Source: Candidatus Micrarchaeota archaeon (GTDB taxonomy: Archaea; Micrarchaeota; Micrarchaeia; Anstonellales; Bilamarchaeaceae). From it: a stretch of DNA of 64,000 nt. Below, piece by piece: positions 18,366 through 28,234 of this stretch. The stretch is taken from assembly GCA_016212525.1 (NCBI GenBank), contig JACRGD010000005.1:90304-154303 (forward strand), read 5' to 3'. The position numbers and the translations under genes were made by a program. The notes beneath the pieces were generated by a model, which had not been told where the DNA came from, searched no databases, and was given only the letters and a program-made list of their open reading frames with translations. Within the stretch, counting starts at the first letter, position 1; the number at the start of each line of letters is the position of its first letter.

Positions 18366-21300
18366 GTGCTCGATATGAAAAACCGAAATCTGATCCTGAT
18401 TTTATTCCTTTTACTCGTATTCTCCGGTTGTACTCTTAGAAAGCCTGTTAGCTATGGCTGCTGTGTTGTTGATGAATCAGCAGCTACTCCTTCGTGCACT
18501 AGACTTCGTGATTCTTCACCTAGTTTGGTTTCTTTAGTTTCGACAAATCTTTGTCAAATGGACAATGGCCTATGCAACGTTACTCTTAGGCTTACCTTCT
18601 CAGACGATCCCTCTGCTGCAAGAACCGAAACTGCGATCATTCCAATCTGCACAAATACGACTTCAAAATGCGTTTCTGGCGACTGTACTGCGATGGTCTG
18701 CGGTCCATTTAAGTATGATCCAAGTCCGACTCCAAGTTTTTCAGATACTTCCCGTGCTACTTCCTCCAGTGCCTCTTTAGCTTCAGATTCCTCTTATTCG
18801 CTTGGTCTTTACAACAAAACCTGCAGATTAGTTGATGCCGGATCAACATTGGACAACTTCTTTACTAATACAAAAGGCAGTTTTGTCAATACGTTTAGAT
18901 TCGGTTTTGGATCTTCCTTTTCCGAGTTCGACGCTTATCGATATCTGTTTCCAACAAGCGACTTTTTCTGCAGTGTAAATCCCGATGATAATGCAAAAGA
19001 TCGATATATGAACTATATGATGTCTCCTCTGGATTTCCAGGATTATATGCGAAGCGCTCTTGCGATCAAGCCACAGGACCGTGCATCAGCTGGAAACTTC
19101 TGTCCAGTAAACAGCGTCTCGCCTTTCTTCTCGACGACCTATTTCAATTCCCCATTTCCAAACTATATGCGAAATTTTGTAAGTCGCCAGAGGTATATTT
19201 ACAATACTACGATTACTACGCTTCCGCCTTCTGGAGGTTCAGGGTCTTCTAGCTTTGAACAAAACTATTCCTTTACCAAAATCGAGTCGTATAACTTTAC
19301 ACAGCTCGATAAAAAATTCTATGGAGGAACATTGCCGCTTATCTATTCTACTGCTTTAGAGGGCTTTGATTCTATCAATCGCGCGGCTCCATTTGAGTGC
19401 GAATCTCCAACCCAGTGTATGTCTGGTTTATGCAACTATGAGGACTATCGAAGATCGATCTGTAAAATTGGCTCTACCTGGGTCGAGTGCGGTTGCGATA
19501 AAAATGCCCGAAAATGCGTTTCCCAAACTTCTATTTATAATCGAACTATTGCAGGAGCAATTCCAAACACTGCCGCTGCTCTCCAAACCTATGTCGATGC
19601 ATATCAGGATCGTGGCGCTCTTTACAAAACTCAGGTGATTTACAACGCAACTGTTCATTACGCACGAATTGATCCTGATTGTAGCAGTGGTGTCGTAAGA
19701 AAAATCGATCCTCAGAATTGTGGGGATCGTGGTGAGACCTGTTTTGATATGGGTTCTTCACAAGTGCCCGATTCGCCAATTTTTCCCTCAAGTGTCCAAT
19801 TCTTTGGTGAGGTCCGGGAGGGTTATATTGGATATAGCTTTTTGAGCAGGGATGACTTTGAAAAGACTGATCTTGTACGTAATTGTCATCTGGAACCGGG
19901 TAGAGATTATATTGTATCTGGTTCGAGTGGCCCTCCGGCTGTTGATCCCACTGAACTGACTTCAGAAGAAGTCACTGCTGTTACTGCTACTGGTGCGATT
20001 TTTAGACCGCCTTCTCCAATTCCAGAGCGAATTGGTTATCAACTCGGGCGTAGGCCTCATTGCGCTACTCTCGATGAGGGTCCAGATGATCTTGGTCTTT
20101 ATACTTACGTAAGTGAAGCGATTTTAGTTCGATCTGCTGGTGATTGTGAATTGGATGGCAATACGCACATGCCAATAACAAAGACGTTTGGCTGGTGTGA
20201 AGGTTGTACTTTCTCCAATATTGCAAAACAGGTTCTCCTTAGCAACGATACCAAGCCCTATGTCCCGCTTGTCGATATTAAGTCTCCTCGGGAAGGTGCG
20301 GCATTGAATTTAACTGCGCCTGTTTGTAATTTCGCTAAAAATCCAGTTGCAATTTCAGATCTTCTTAGTTATCCCTATAATACTACGATAACCGGTGGTG
20401 GCAGTTCGCCATTTGATCCATATCTAAGTCCGGTTATTCCCTCTGATATTACCTGTCCTGGCTATGAAACTACAATCAACACACGTCAAAGTAACTTCAC
20501 TTTAACTTCAGTCGATTCTGTTTACTTAGGTCAAAAGGAAGCAGAATTCTTTAGAGAAGGAACTCTCCCTGTTCTTGATTTATCAGATTCTTCCAATTGG
20601 GATTCTCAAAATAATCTTACCATTACTCAGAGTCTGATCGATCGGGGACCGGCAGTCATTATAGTTTCCAAGATCGCTACCTATCCCTCTTCCGGATACT
20701 TAGATACCTTGGGAGATCGGCTTTCGAATATTCGCGCAGTCTGTAAGAACTGTCTTACTTCAGTTGAACTTTCCTTGCCATTTACTTCTGAGAGCACTGC
20801 AAGTGGCAGATATTTTGGTGATTTCTTTATTCTCGATGCTCTTAACCGCTCTGCAGTTTTCGATAATATTGATGTAATTTCCTATGATTACTATCCAACT
20901 GAACTGATTAGAGATCATACTACTTTCTGCACTGGTTCTTCATTGATTCGAAACCAGTTATTAGTCGATTCAATTGCCAACTTTTCCAGTACAATGCTTC
21001 GAAGATATGCTCCTAAGTATAAGCTGAGTTTAATTCCTACGTTTTACTTTAGTTCCAGCTGTCTTAATGATGGGAATGTTTCTCTGGTCTTTAACTATCT
21101 TTTGAAGAATCAGAAGACTCTAAGTCGCAGTGGCTTAATTGGAATAATCTATACTGGTGATGCATCTACTTATTATGATTCTGGAGGGCATTCCACCGAT
21201 GCATTCTGTTCTATCGATAAAGGTGCAAAGAATATGCTTTCTTCCGAACCGCTTACTGTGTATTCCAAGCTACAGACTACTCCTGCCGGAAATCTAACCT

Positions 21301-21827
21301 GCCAGGTTTGTAGTGATGCAGATCTGGCTCTGGGACGTTGTAATCCGATTTGTGATAATGGGGTTAGATGTACTAATCCTGATAGTGGTTTTCTTACGGA
21401 TGAAGCATTTCGCCTCCATCTATCTAGGGGTTCGGATGTCCCTCTTAAATGCCCCTCCAATTCCATCCCAGAACCCTGCACGCCCTGCTCAGCCAGGACT
21501 GAAAGAATGTCCTGTGATTTCTTTTTGGCCGATGGTAGTTCCTATTCTCAGACCTACAACCTTAGAGATCTTTCAGCAGCTACACCTGATATTATTTCCA
21601 GTATTCCATCTCCCTACAAATGTTGTGTTAGTGATCCAGGACGCCCAACAAACTATACTTTCAACAAGCAGACTACTGTAGATCACACTGTTGCTCCTAT
21701 TATTTTCTCAAGAGCAGGTGATCCAAGGCAGGACTGCGGAGTTTCTGATCTTTCTCTCTTAACTCCTCAGATGTGCGGTGCTGATGCTCCATTTAAGAAT
21801 TATCGATTGAGATGCAGGATCATTTAA
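18366..21827 (+). CDS. Large Cys-rich secreted or lipid-anchored surface protein (1153 aa)
   Basis: Signal with LVFSGC, many Cys clusters, and a central-late region with IDVISYDYYP resembling TIM-barrel glycoside hydrolases; abuts paralog 6. Confidence 0.65.
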   Translation: MLDMKNRNLILILFLLLVFSGCTLRKPVSYGCCVVDESAATPSCTRLRDSSPSLVSLVSTNLCQMDNGLCNVTLRLTFSDDPSAARTETAIIPICTNTTSKCVSGDCTAMVCGPFKYDPSPTPSFSDTSRATSSSASLASDSSYSLGLYNKTCRLVDAGSTLDNFFTNTKGSFVNTFRFGFGSSFSEFDAYRYLFPTSDFFCSVNPDDNAKDRYMNYMMSPLDFQDYMRSALAIKPQDRASAGNFCPVNSVSPFFSTTYFNSPFPNYMRNFVSRQRYIYNTTITTLPPSGGSGSSSFEQNYSFTKIESYNFTQLDKKFYGGTLPLIYSTALEGFDSINRAAPFECESPTQCMSGLCNYEDYRRSICKIGSTWVECGCDKNARKCVSQTSIYNRTIAGAIPNTAAALQTYVDAYQDRGALYKTQVIYNATVHYARIDPDCSSGVVRKIDPQNCGDRGETCFDMGSSQVPDSPIFPSSVQFFGEVREGYIGYSFLSRDDFEKTDLVRNCHLEPGRDYIVSGSSGPPAVDPTELTSEEVTAVTATGAIFRPPSPIPERIGYQLGRRPHCATLDEGPDDLGLYTYVSEAILVRSAGDCELDGNTHMPITKTFGWCEGCTFSNIAKQVLLSNDTKPYVPLVDIKSPREGAALNLTAPVCNFAKNPVAISDLLSYPYNTTITGGGSSPFDPYLSPVIPSDITCPGYETTINTRQSNFTLTSVDSVYLGQKEAEFFREGTLPVLDLSDSSNWDSQNNLTITQSLIDRGPAVIIVSKIATYPSSGYLDTLGDRLSNIRAVCKNCLTSVELSLPFTSESTASGRYFGDFFILDALNRSAVFDNIDVISYDYYPTELIRDHTTFCTGSSLIRNQLLVDSIANFSSTMLRRYAPKYKLSLIPTFYFSSSCLNDGNVSLVFNYLLKNQKTLSRSGLIGIIYTGDASTYYDSGGHSTDAFCSIDKGAKNMLSSEPLTVYSKLQTTPAGNLTCQVCSDADLALGRCNPICDNGVRCTNPDSGFLTDEAFRLHLSRGSDVPLKCPSNSIPEPCTPCSARTERMSCDFFLADGSSYSQTYNLRDLSAATPDIISSIPSPYKCCVSDPGRPTNYTFNKQTTVDHTVAPIIFSRAGDPRQDCGVSDLSLLTPQMCGADAPFKNYRLRCRII

Positions 21828-21932
21828 TCTTGCTGTTTTTTCCTTATTTTTCTATTATTTTATGATATTTTCCTCAAAAACCAGTGTTTATAAAACCTAT
21901 TAAATCCTATTTATCTTGTTGGATGGGTTGCT

Positions 21933-22322
21933 ATGCAATTTTTGAAAGATGTGAATTTGAAGGAAGTTTGTATATCTATTCTTATCTCAATAGTTTTATT
22001 CCTACTTCTTAAACCATTTTACGTATACAATGTATCTCTTGTTTGTGGAGGTTCAAAAGAAGTATTTCTATACTCTACCGGTTCAGATCTTTTTAGGATT
22101 CGAGGTTGTCTTTATACTTCCATCAATCAGCCATTTCAAAACTTAGTCTGGGATCTTCTAATTTATACTTTGCCTTGGATTCTGGCTTTCTGCTACTATT
22201 ACTACAAAACACCAAATGTTAAATTTGATTTCAAAATTTTGCCTTTTGGTTTAATCCTGTGTGGTTATCTGCTTTTTCAAGTGCTCTATATATTATATAT
22301 TTATCCAGGTAATCTCCTATGA
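21933..22322 (+). CDS. Small membrane protein
   Basis: Three hydrophobic helices, two-Cys loop. Confidence 0.5.
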   Translation: MQFLKDVNLKEVCISILISIVLFLLLKPFYVYNVSLVCGGSKEVFLYSTGSDLFRIRGCLYTSINQPFQNLVWDLLIYTLPWILAFCYYYYKTPNVKFDFKILPFGLILCGYLLFQVLYILYIYPGNLL

Positions 22323-24925
22323 GACTTGCAACTGGGGCTATCTCTAACCATCATCGATCTATTGAATTGAAAAAAGAAAAAAGACTAGCTCTTTTTTCTA
22401 CAATTGCGCTTGCAGGTTTAGCCTCCTGTGTTGTTGATTCTCCACCTGACCAAAATCGATTTGGATTCTTAAATGAAATTCATTTAACAAGTCCGACTAG
22501 ATTTGTTCCATTTAGGAGGTCTGGTTTTAGTTCCGATCTTTTAGTTGGAGAGAATCAATTTTTGCTCTATTATGAGCCAGACATAAGTCCAGATCAAAAA
22601 AACAGAATTGAAGATTGGCTTTTAGGACAAAATGCACGCAAGGTTGGTCAGAACCCCTTTTCATCAATGACTCAATATGAAGTTTTTTCTTCAGTTCAGC
22701 TAAATTCGATCTTAGATTACCTTAATGCGCAGCCCGGAGTCGTTACTGCTATCCCTAATCTGGTCCTTAGACCAACTCTAAATCCCGATCCTGATTTGTC
22801 AACCTCTTTCGATTCGGGTAACTGGTGGTTAACTTCCCTTAATCTTAGAGATGCCTGGTCTATAACTACTGGCTCTAGAGCGATTCCAATTGCAATAGTT
22901 GATTCAGGAATAGATTCTGGAGTTGGTGGTTTTGGAAGTAAGCCTATCACTCATTTTGTAAGATGTACTAGACCTATAGGTGGTAGAACAGAGGTTTATT
23001 TTTCTCTTTTGGCAGGTTCTAATCCGTACCATTGTTCTCAATATATTTCTGGTGTTCATGGAACGCAAGTTGCATCGATTGCAGCGGCACCTGGAGATGA
23101 CCATTTGGGCGGTGCTGGTGTTGCGTGGCAAAATCCATTGATCTCAATTGATGCTTATGGTTACTCTGGCGTCGGATCAGTAACTCTTGCTGAGACTGAT
23201 GCTGCAATCCAAACTGCAATTAGGGCAGGAGCACGTGTGATAAATGTCTCACTTGGATATGGGGGTTGTATTGCTCCTCTTTTTTGTATTTCTAACAATC
23301 AAGAGGCTCGTCATATTTTCCGGTCTGGTTTTATCAATTCCGCTCGTGTCGCTAATCGAAACAATGCCTTAGTTGTCTTTGCCGCAGGCAATGACGGTTT
23401 TTCAGGTGATGATAGTTGGCTATCGCCAGCTGATAGACAATACGAAAGATATTTCATAACTAATGTTCTTTTTGTGGGGTCGGTTGACTATCTCAATGAT
23501 CCGACCTGTAATGCTTGTAATTTTTCATCTGCTCTCCAAACTATTTGCAGGGATAATGGAACTTCTGACTTAAGCAGGTTGAATCGATGCAATTGCTTTT
23601 GGTGTAGTAGTTCAACTTTAAGTGGTCGATTAACTGCCAGCGGCAGAGTAGTAGAATTGTATACTCCTGGCTGTCACATTGCGGTTCCTATGAGTAGCAC
23701 CTTGGTCCAAGGTAGTTCGATATCTTCCCCAATGGTCTCCGGAGCAGCCGCTCTAGTCTGGTCAGTAAATCCAAACCTTACAGCCCCGCAAGTAAAACAG
23801 ATTTTGTTGGATACGGCTCGTTCTGCATCTAGTCTAGGTGGTTGTATGGACGTAGGTAGAGGTATCCCCGATGTTGCAGCCGCAGTCCGGGCAGCAAGAG
23901 CAACTTTGCAGGATGCTTCTGTTCCGACTGATGCTTCAGTTGATGCAACTTCCGATGTATCAAGAACAACGACATTCTATTCTCAAGCACGTTTACTCAG
24001 AAACAATGATGTCCTTCTTCGTGGAAATGAGGTTTTACCTGGTACTCATTATTCTGCCCTTCTAACGAGACTTAGTTCAAGTGGTCGACCTCTTTGGACA
24101 TTTCAACCCTCTAGATCTGAATCGCAAATTGGTGCTTTATATGAAGATGAGCGGGGTCTTTGGATCTCTGGGAGATGGCAATCTGGTGGATCAACTTCTA
24201 GAGCTGCACTTGCCCAACTAGATAGTTCAGGAGCTCTAGTTTCAGAGCGTTTACTTCCAGACTCAGATCTAATAAGAAGTCTTTTTGTAAACCCAGACGG
24301 CTCTCTGGTTGGTGATACTGGTTATCAATTATTTGAATATGATAGTTCTGGTCGCCCAGTCTGGGTAACTCGTGCCCGTCCTGCTACTCCTTTTGATGTT
24401 GTAAGAACTTCTGCTGGTTATGCCTTTTTCCGTTATAATGGATTATATGGTGTAAACCGTACTGGTAATATTGTTCTGGATTCTGGGTATGTTATAGGTC
24501 ACGATAATTCCTTTGCATATTCTCCAAATGCTGGTTCTGGTTGGTATATTCTAAGTGATTCTCCGTTCTCTGATCAATCCTTATCTCATCTAGATTACGA
24601 AGGACACTCAAGATTCTTAGGCCAATTATCCATTCCCAATTTACGTGCTTTTGATTCTCCAAATTCCTTGGCAATGACTAGGGCAAGTCGGTCCTTTGTT
24701 CTTTTTGCCCGTTACCATACTACTGATGGTGCCGGTCAAACAAAACTTTTTGGAGTTTCTGATTCTGCCACGATTCTTTGGTCAAGATCTCTTGATTTTA
24801 GGGCTCGAAATGTTGATGGTTTAATGACTACTTCTGACGGTCGCATCCTTCTTGTCTCAACTGACAATACAAATCCCTCGCAAGTTAGGCTTGATTATTT
24901 TGATGAATCTGGCAACCCTCTCTAG
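22319..24925 (+). CDS. S8 subtilisin-family serine protease, lipoprotein-type, with a C-terminal beta-propeller-like region
   Basis: IAIVDSG (Asp), HGTQVAS (His), VFAAGN (oxyanion Asn), GSSISSPMVSGAAAL (Ser); C-terminal xDSSGxxxW repeats. Confidence 0.88.
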   Translation: MRLATGAISNHHRSIELKKEKRLALFSTIALAGLASCVVDSPPDQNRFGFLNEIHLTSPTRFVPFRRSGFSSDLLVGENQFLLYYEPDISPDQKNRIEDWLLGQNARKVGQNPFSSMTQYEVFSSVQLNSILDYLNAQPGVVTAIPNLVLRPTLNPDPDLSTSFDSGNWWLTSLNLRDAWSITTGSRAIPIAIVDSGIDSGVGGFGSKPITHFVRCTRPIGGRTEVYFSLLAGSNPYHCSQYISGVHGTQVASIAAAPGDDHLGGAGVAWQNPLISIDAYGYSGVGSVTLAETDAAIQTAIRAGARVINVSLGYGGCIAPLFCISNNQEARHIFRSGFINSARVANRNNALVVFAAGNDGFSGDDSWLSPADRQYERYFITNVLFVGSVDYLNDPTCNACNFSSALQTICRDNGTSDLSRLNRCNCFWCSSSTLSGRLTASGRVVELYTPGCHIAVPMSSTLVQGSSISSPMVSGAAALVWSVNPNLTAPQVKQILLDTARSASSLGGCMDVGRGIPDVAAAVRAARATLQDASVPTDASVDATSDVSRTTTFYSQARLLRNNDVLLRGNEVLPGTHYSALLTRLSSSGRPLWTFQPSRSESQIGALYEDERGLWISGRWQSGGSTSRAALAQLDSSGALVSERLLPDSDLIRSLFVNPDGSLVGDTGYQLFEYDSSGRPVWVTRARPATPFDVVRTSAGYAFFRYNGLYGVNRTGNIVLDSGYVIGHDNSFAYSPNAGSGWYILSDSPFSDQSLSHLDYEGHSRFLGQLSIPNLRAFDSPNSLAMTRASRSFVLFARYHTTDGAGQTKLFGVSDSATILWSRSLDFRARNVDGLMTTSDGRILLVSTDNTNPSQVRLDYFDESGNPL

Positions 24926-25160
24926 CTCCAATTTCCATTTAGTTGTTATTTTTTAATACTCAAATTCTATGACGTTATTTTTTCTATTTCTCTTAGTTCT
25001 AAAGATTCTCTCCCGTTATATTTTTCTATTCATATTTTATCTATTTACCACTCTTGGTGTGTTATTTTACACCAAAATCTCAAAACAGTGTGCCTTCCTA
25101 GGTCCTTTTATACCTTTTGATGTACTGGTATTATGTGATTATGTTAAAAAGGTGAAATAC

Positions 25161-26102
25161 ATGAGCGTTCCAAGGATGAAAACAATCGGGAGTAGAGTTG
25201 GATCGTTGGTAGTAGTAGCCGCTTTGACTGCGCGTTGCGGTACGGCTGCACCTCCGAATATGGGAGAACCCATGACAGATGTTCCTACTATTAAGAATGA
25301 TGCTGGCGTTGTAAATCCTCGGGATGGGCCCGTTGTCCCTCCACGTGATGTTGTAATTCCTAGTGATTCTGGTAGTTCAAGATGTACTGTTGCTCCGAAC
25401 TCCGTTCCAGCAGCTAATCAAAGACCAAGGGTAGATCATGTTCGTAATGGTGAAATAATCTCTATTGCAACTGCTTCTGGAAACAATCTGGTTAAGGTTG
25501 GAGTATATGACTATAATGATACTTTGGCACCTACCGGACAGGCAAGTGCACCTCGTTTACCTCCAAATCTAAGACATGTAGTAACTCTTAGTCCAGTTCG
25601 TGATCCTTCATCCTGCGCTCGTGGAACTCCCCCTTGCGAATGTACTGAGGAGCCCTTTAGTGGAAGATCTATGCGATTTTATGAGGGTAATTTTCCTTCC
25701 ATTCTTTTCCCTGAATTTCGAGCTGATGATGTCAAGGTTCAACTAGCTTTCGTTTCTTCAACCGGGGTTGCTGACTTGTTATTATTTCGACCTCCTTCTA
25801 TAGATCGATATACTCAAGTCGGTGCTGTTCATATTCCTACAACTGAAGGCACCACTGTCTCCATGGCAACCATAACCTTCACTTCACAAGGCACTCCTGA
25901 TTTCAGGTTTCTTGGTGATCCAGCACGTGCCTTGCTTGCTGAAGGTTCTATATCAGGAACTGTTGTTCCTATGACTATTTTGGAATCCAGAGATCCCGTT
26001 TCTAGTTACTGTATGCTCGGATCGACTCTCTACCGATTCCAGAGTCGTCTTCCTACTGGTGGCTCTGATGCATCAGTAAATGTGAGTTCAGTAACCTTCT
26101 AA
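25161..26102 (+). CDS. Orphan lipoprotein-like protein
   Basis: GGTGA ribosome-binding site before ATG 25161; hydrophobic stretch ending ALTARC; D/P-rich linker. Confidence 0.55.
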   Translation: MSVPRMKTIGSRVGSLVVVAALTARCGTAAPPNMGEPMTDVPTIKNDAGVVNPRDGPVVPPRDVVIPSDSGSSRCTVAPNSVPAANQRPRVDHVRNGEIISIATASGNNLVKVGVYDYNDTLAPTGQASAPRLPPNLRHVVTLSPVRDPSSCARGTPPCECTEEPFSGRSMRFYEGNFPSILFPEFRADDVKVQLAFVSSTGVADLLLFRPPSIDRYTQVGAVHIPTTEGTTVSMATITFTSQGTPDFRFLGDPARALLAEGSISGTVVPMTILESRDPVSSYCMLGSTLYRFQSRLPTGGSDASVNVSSVTF

Positions 26103-26131
26103 TCTTTTAATTTTTCTTTCCTTCTTTTCAT

Positions 26132-27103
26132 ATGCTAAAATTTCTTTTTATTGTTGTTTTTTCTATTGGATTAGTTAGTTCTGTTTCTTATATCTCTAAT
26201 TGTACGGTGATAACTAAACCCGGAACTTATCTTCTTGATCGTGACATCCTGGTTTCACCAGCAGAACTTGGTAAATGTATTTTGATTGATTCGGATAATG
26301 TTGTTCTGGATTGCCAGAATCATACTTTGAAAAATGACCCGGCCGCTCCTTTGATGTCTGGTATTCAAGCTTTTTATCAGAACAATCTTACTGTTCAAAA
26401 TTGTATTTTGGATGGTTTTGGATCTGGTATTTCAATCCACAAAATTAATAATTCCATCTTTCATGATAATCTGTTCACTCATAATTCTGATGGTTTTATT
26501 ATGAGTTTTTCTCGAAATGTCATGTTATATTCCAACCAATTCTTTAGAAATGAAAACGGTCTTACTGTCAGTTCTCTCATAAATCTATCTTTTTATGATA
26601 ATGCGGCGATCAACAACTCCCATTATGGTTTTGATATTATTGCCAATTTATCAGATATTAACTCAAACTCTGCTTCTGAAAATCAGGTTGGTTTCAGTGT
26701 TTCCCTTTATGATGGTAATTTTACTAATAATTCAGCAACTCGAAATAAGGATGGTTCTGGTATTTCCGGTTCCAATGTTAATGTGAACAAAAATTTTTTC
26801 TCAAACAATTCTGAAGATGGTCTCTCCCTAAGTTTGGAAAACTCAAATATCTCAGGTAATTTCATTTGCGGCAATGGTTTCTCGGATAGCTATCACTATT
26901 ACGATCTCTATGGAAATTATCCTCAGTACAATAACTCCCTCCAAAACAACACTTGCCAGACTTCAAATCCTCCGGGGAATTGCAATTCCCCGTGTTCTCT
27001 TTCTTCCTCCCTGCAGATTTCATCAAAACCAGGTTCTTGTTTTGGGCTTGCTATTCTCTTTACTGTGATTTCTTTATCTCTACTTTGGAAGGGCTTCCAA
27101 TGA
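26132..27103 (+). CDS. Secreted parallel beta-helix (NosD/CASH-like) protein with a C-terminal membrane anchor
   Basis: CTVITKPGTY, IDSDNVVLDCQNH, Asn-ladder repeats, C-terminal TM helix. Confidence 0.8.
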   Translation: MLKFLFIVVFSIGLVSSVSYISNCTVITKPGTYLLDRDILVSPAELGKCILIDSDNVVLDCQNHTLKNDPAAPLMSGIQAFYQNNLTVQNCILDGFGSGISIHKINNSIFHDNLFTHNSDGFIMSFSRNVMLYSNQFFRNENGLTVSSLINLSFYDNAAINNSHYGFDIIANLSDINSNSASENQVGFSVSLYDGNFTNNSATRNKDGSGISGSNVNVNKNFFSNNSEDGLSLSLENSNISGNFICGNGFSDSYHYYDLYGNYPQYNNSLQNNTCQTSNPPGNCNSPCSLSSSLQISSKPGSCFGLAILFTVISLSLLWKGFQ

Positions 27104-27729
27104 AGGGCTATTTCACCTGGTTTCTGGTTCTTGTTTGCGTGCTAGTTATCCTTTCTGGTTATGCTCTCTATGCCAAAAGCATGCAAAATGTTCAATCAAA
27201 GCAAATTTTTCTTTTACGTTCCGAGCATTTGGCCCAAAATGTTGTTGAAGCTAGCGGAGAGCTAATGAGACAAGAAATTAAGCGAAATTTTACTGCATAC
27301 GATGAATCTCGGTTTCTTGTAAACTGTCTTGCGTGTCCTAGTCATTATTGTCTTCCCTACGTTCCTGCTTATGCCCCTGACGAATTAAAGGCAAAAAGGT
27401 GTGATGAAAGGAAGTGCGATCTCTGTTTCGAACCTTCCGTCGCCTCCTCCGAAGCAGAAAAAGCAGGAATTCAAAACTTCCACCAGACAGACAATTACGA
27501 CTGGGATTCAGATTACAATATCTCAATAGAAGAACCCAAAATCAAAGTCTTTCTAAAAATAGATCCATTAGCTAAAAACGGGTATTCTCTAGACTATTAT
27601 GAAGTTACACAAGATTCTCTAATTCGCATGAGTTCAGAAAAATTCCATTTTGAAGCAAATTACACTCTTCCAAAAGGTTTCGCATTAACCTACGAGCAAG
27701 ATGCTCCGATTATCTTCAAGATCCGATAG
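27100..27729 (+). CDS. Hypothetical protein with an N-terminal TM helix
   Basis: ATG 27100 overlaps the previous stop; MKGYFTW then a hydrophobic helix (pilin-like N-terminus possible); Cys cluster. Confidence 0.55.
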   Translation: MKGYFTWFLVLVCVLVILSGYALYAKSMQNVQSKQIFLLRSEHLAQNVVEASGELMRQEIKRNFTAYDESRFLVNCLACPSHYCLPYVPAYAPDELKAKRCDERKCDLCFEPSVASSEAEKAGIQNFHQTDNYDWDSDYNISIEEPKIKVFLKIDPLAKNGYSLDYYEVTQDSLIRMSSEKFHFEANYTLPKGFALTYEQDAPIIFKIR

Positions 27730-27758
27730 CTTTAATTCATTCTCCGAGTTGATTCTTT

Positions 27759-28184
27759 ATGGATGGTTTTAGGTTTTCTGTGCTTCTGACAATTTTCTTT
27801 AGTGCGGCTAGCCTCCTTTTCTTGATCGTCTACGTTTTGCTTCCTCCTATTTTCTCTGTTATCATAGGCGAATCTAATGTCCCTTCTTGCGAACCTCTAA
27901 CTCCACCTCCTCCTTGTCGATCGGGTGGAGTTTGCCTTTATGAGCCTCCCCTTCAACCTATCTGTCCCAGTGCCCGAGGTCTTCTGGGAATTGTGGGTTT
28001 GTTTTTTATGGTTCTAGCGTTCCTCTCCAACCTCATCGCCAATATCATCGCAACCAAGAAAATCCTTGCATCCAAATCTTTCGTTCGATTTGATAAGCGA
28101 ATCTGGATCGCTCTAATCTGGCTTATTGGAACAATTGGTGTTTCTCTGTACTACTTTAAGGAATATAAAAATAACAAATCTTAA
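27759..28184 (+). CDS. Membrane protein with a Pro/Cys loop and a PLDc_N-like C-terminus
   Basis: Three helices; KRIWIALIWLIGTIGVSLYYF ending. Confidence 0.55.
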   Translation: MDGFRFSVLLTIFFSAASLLFLIVYVLLPPIFSVIIGESNVPSCEPLTPPPPCRSGGVCLYEPPLQPICPSARGLLGIVGLFFMVLAFLSNLIANIIATKKILASKSFVRFDKRIWIALIWLIGTIGVSLYYFKEYKNNKS

Positions 28185-28203
28185 TTCAGCTCTAACGAGC
28201 GTC

Positions 28204-28211
28204 TTTATAAA
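28204..28211 (+). promoter_or_regulatory. Archaeal TATA box
   Basis: TTTATAAA lies 24-31 nt upstream of ATG 28235. Confidence 0.5.
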
Positions 28212-28234
28212 CTCCGCGTGCGTAGTTTTTACTG

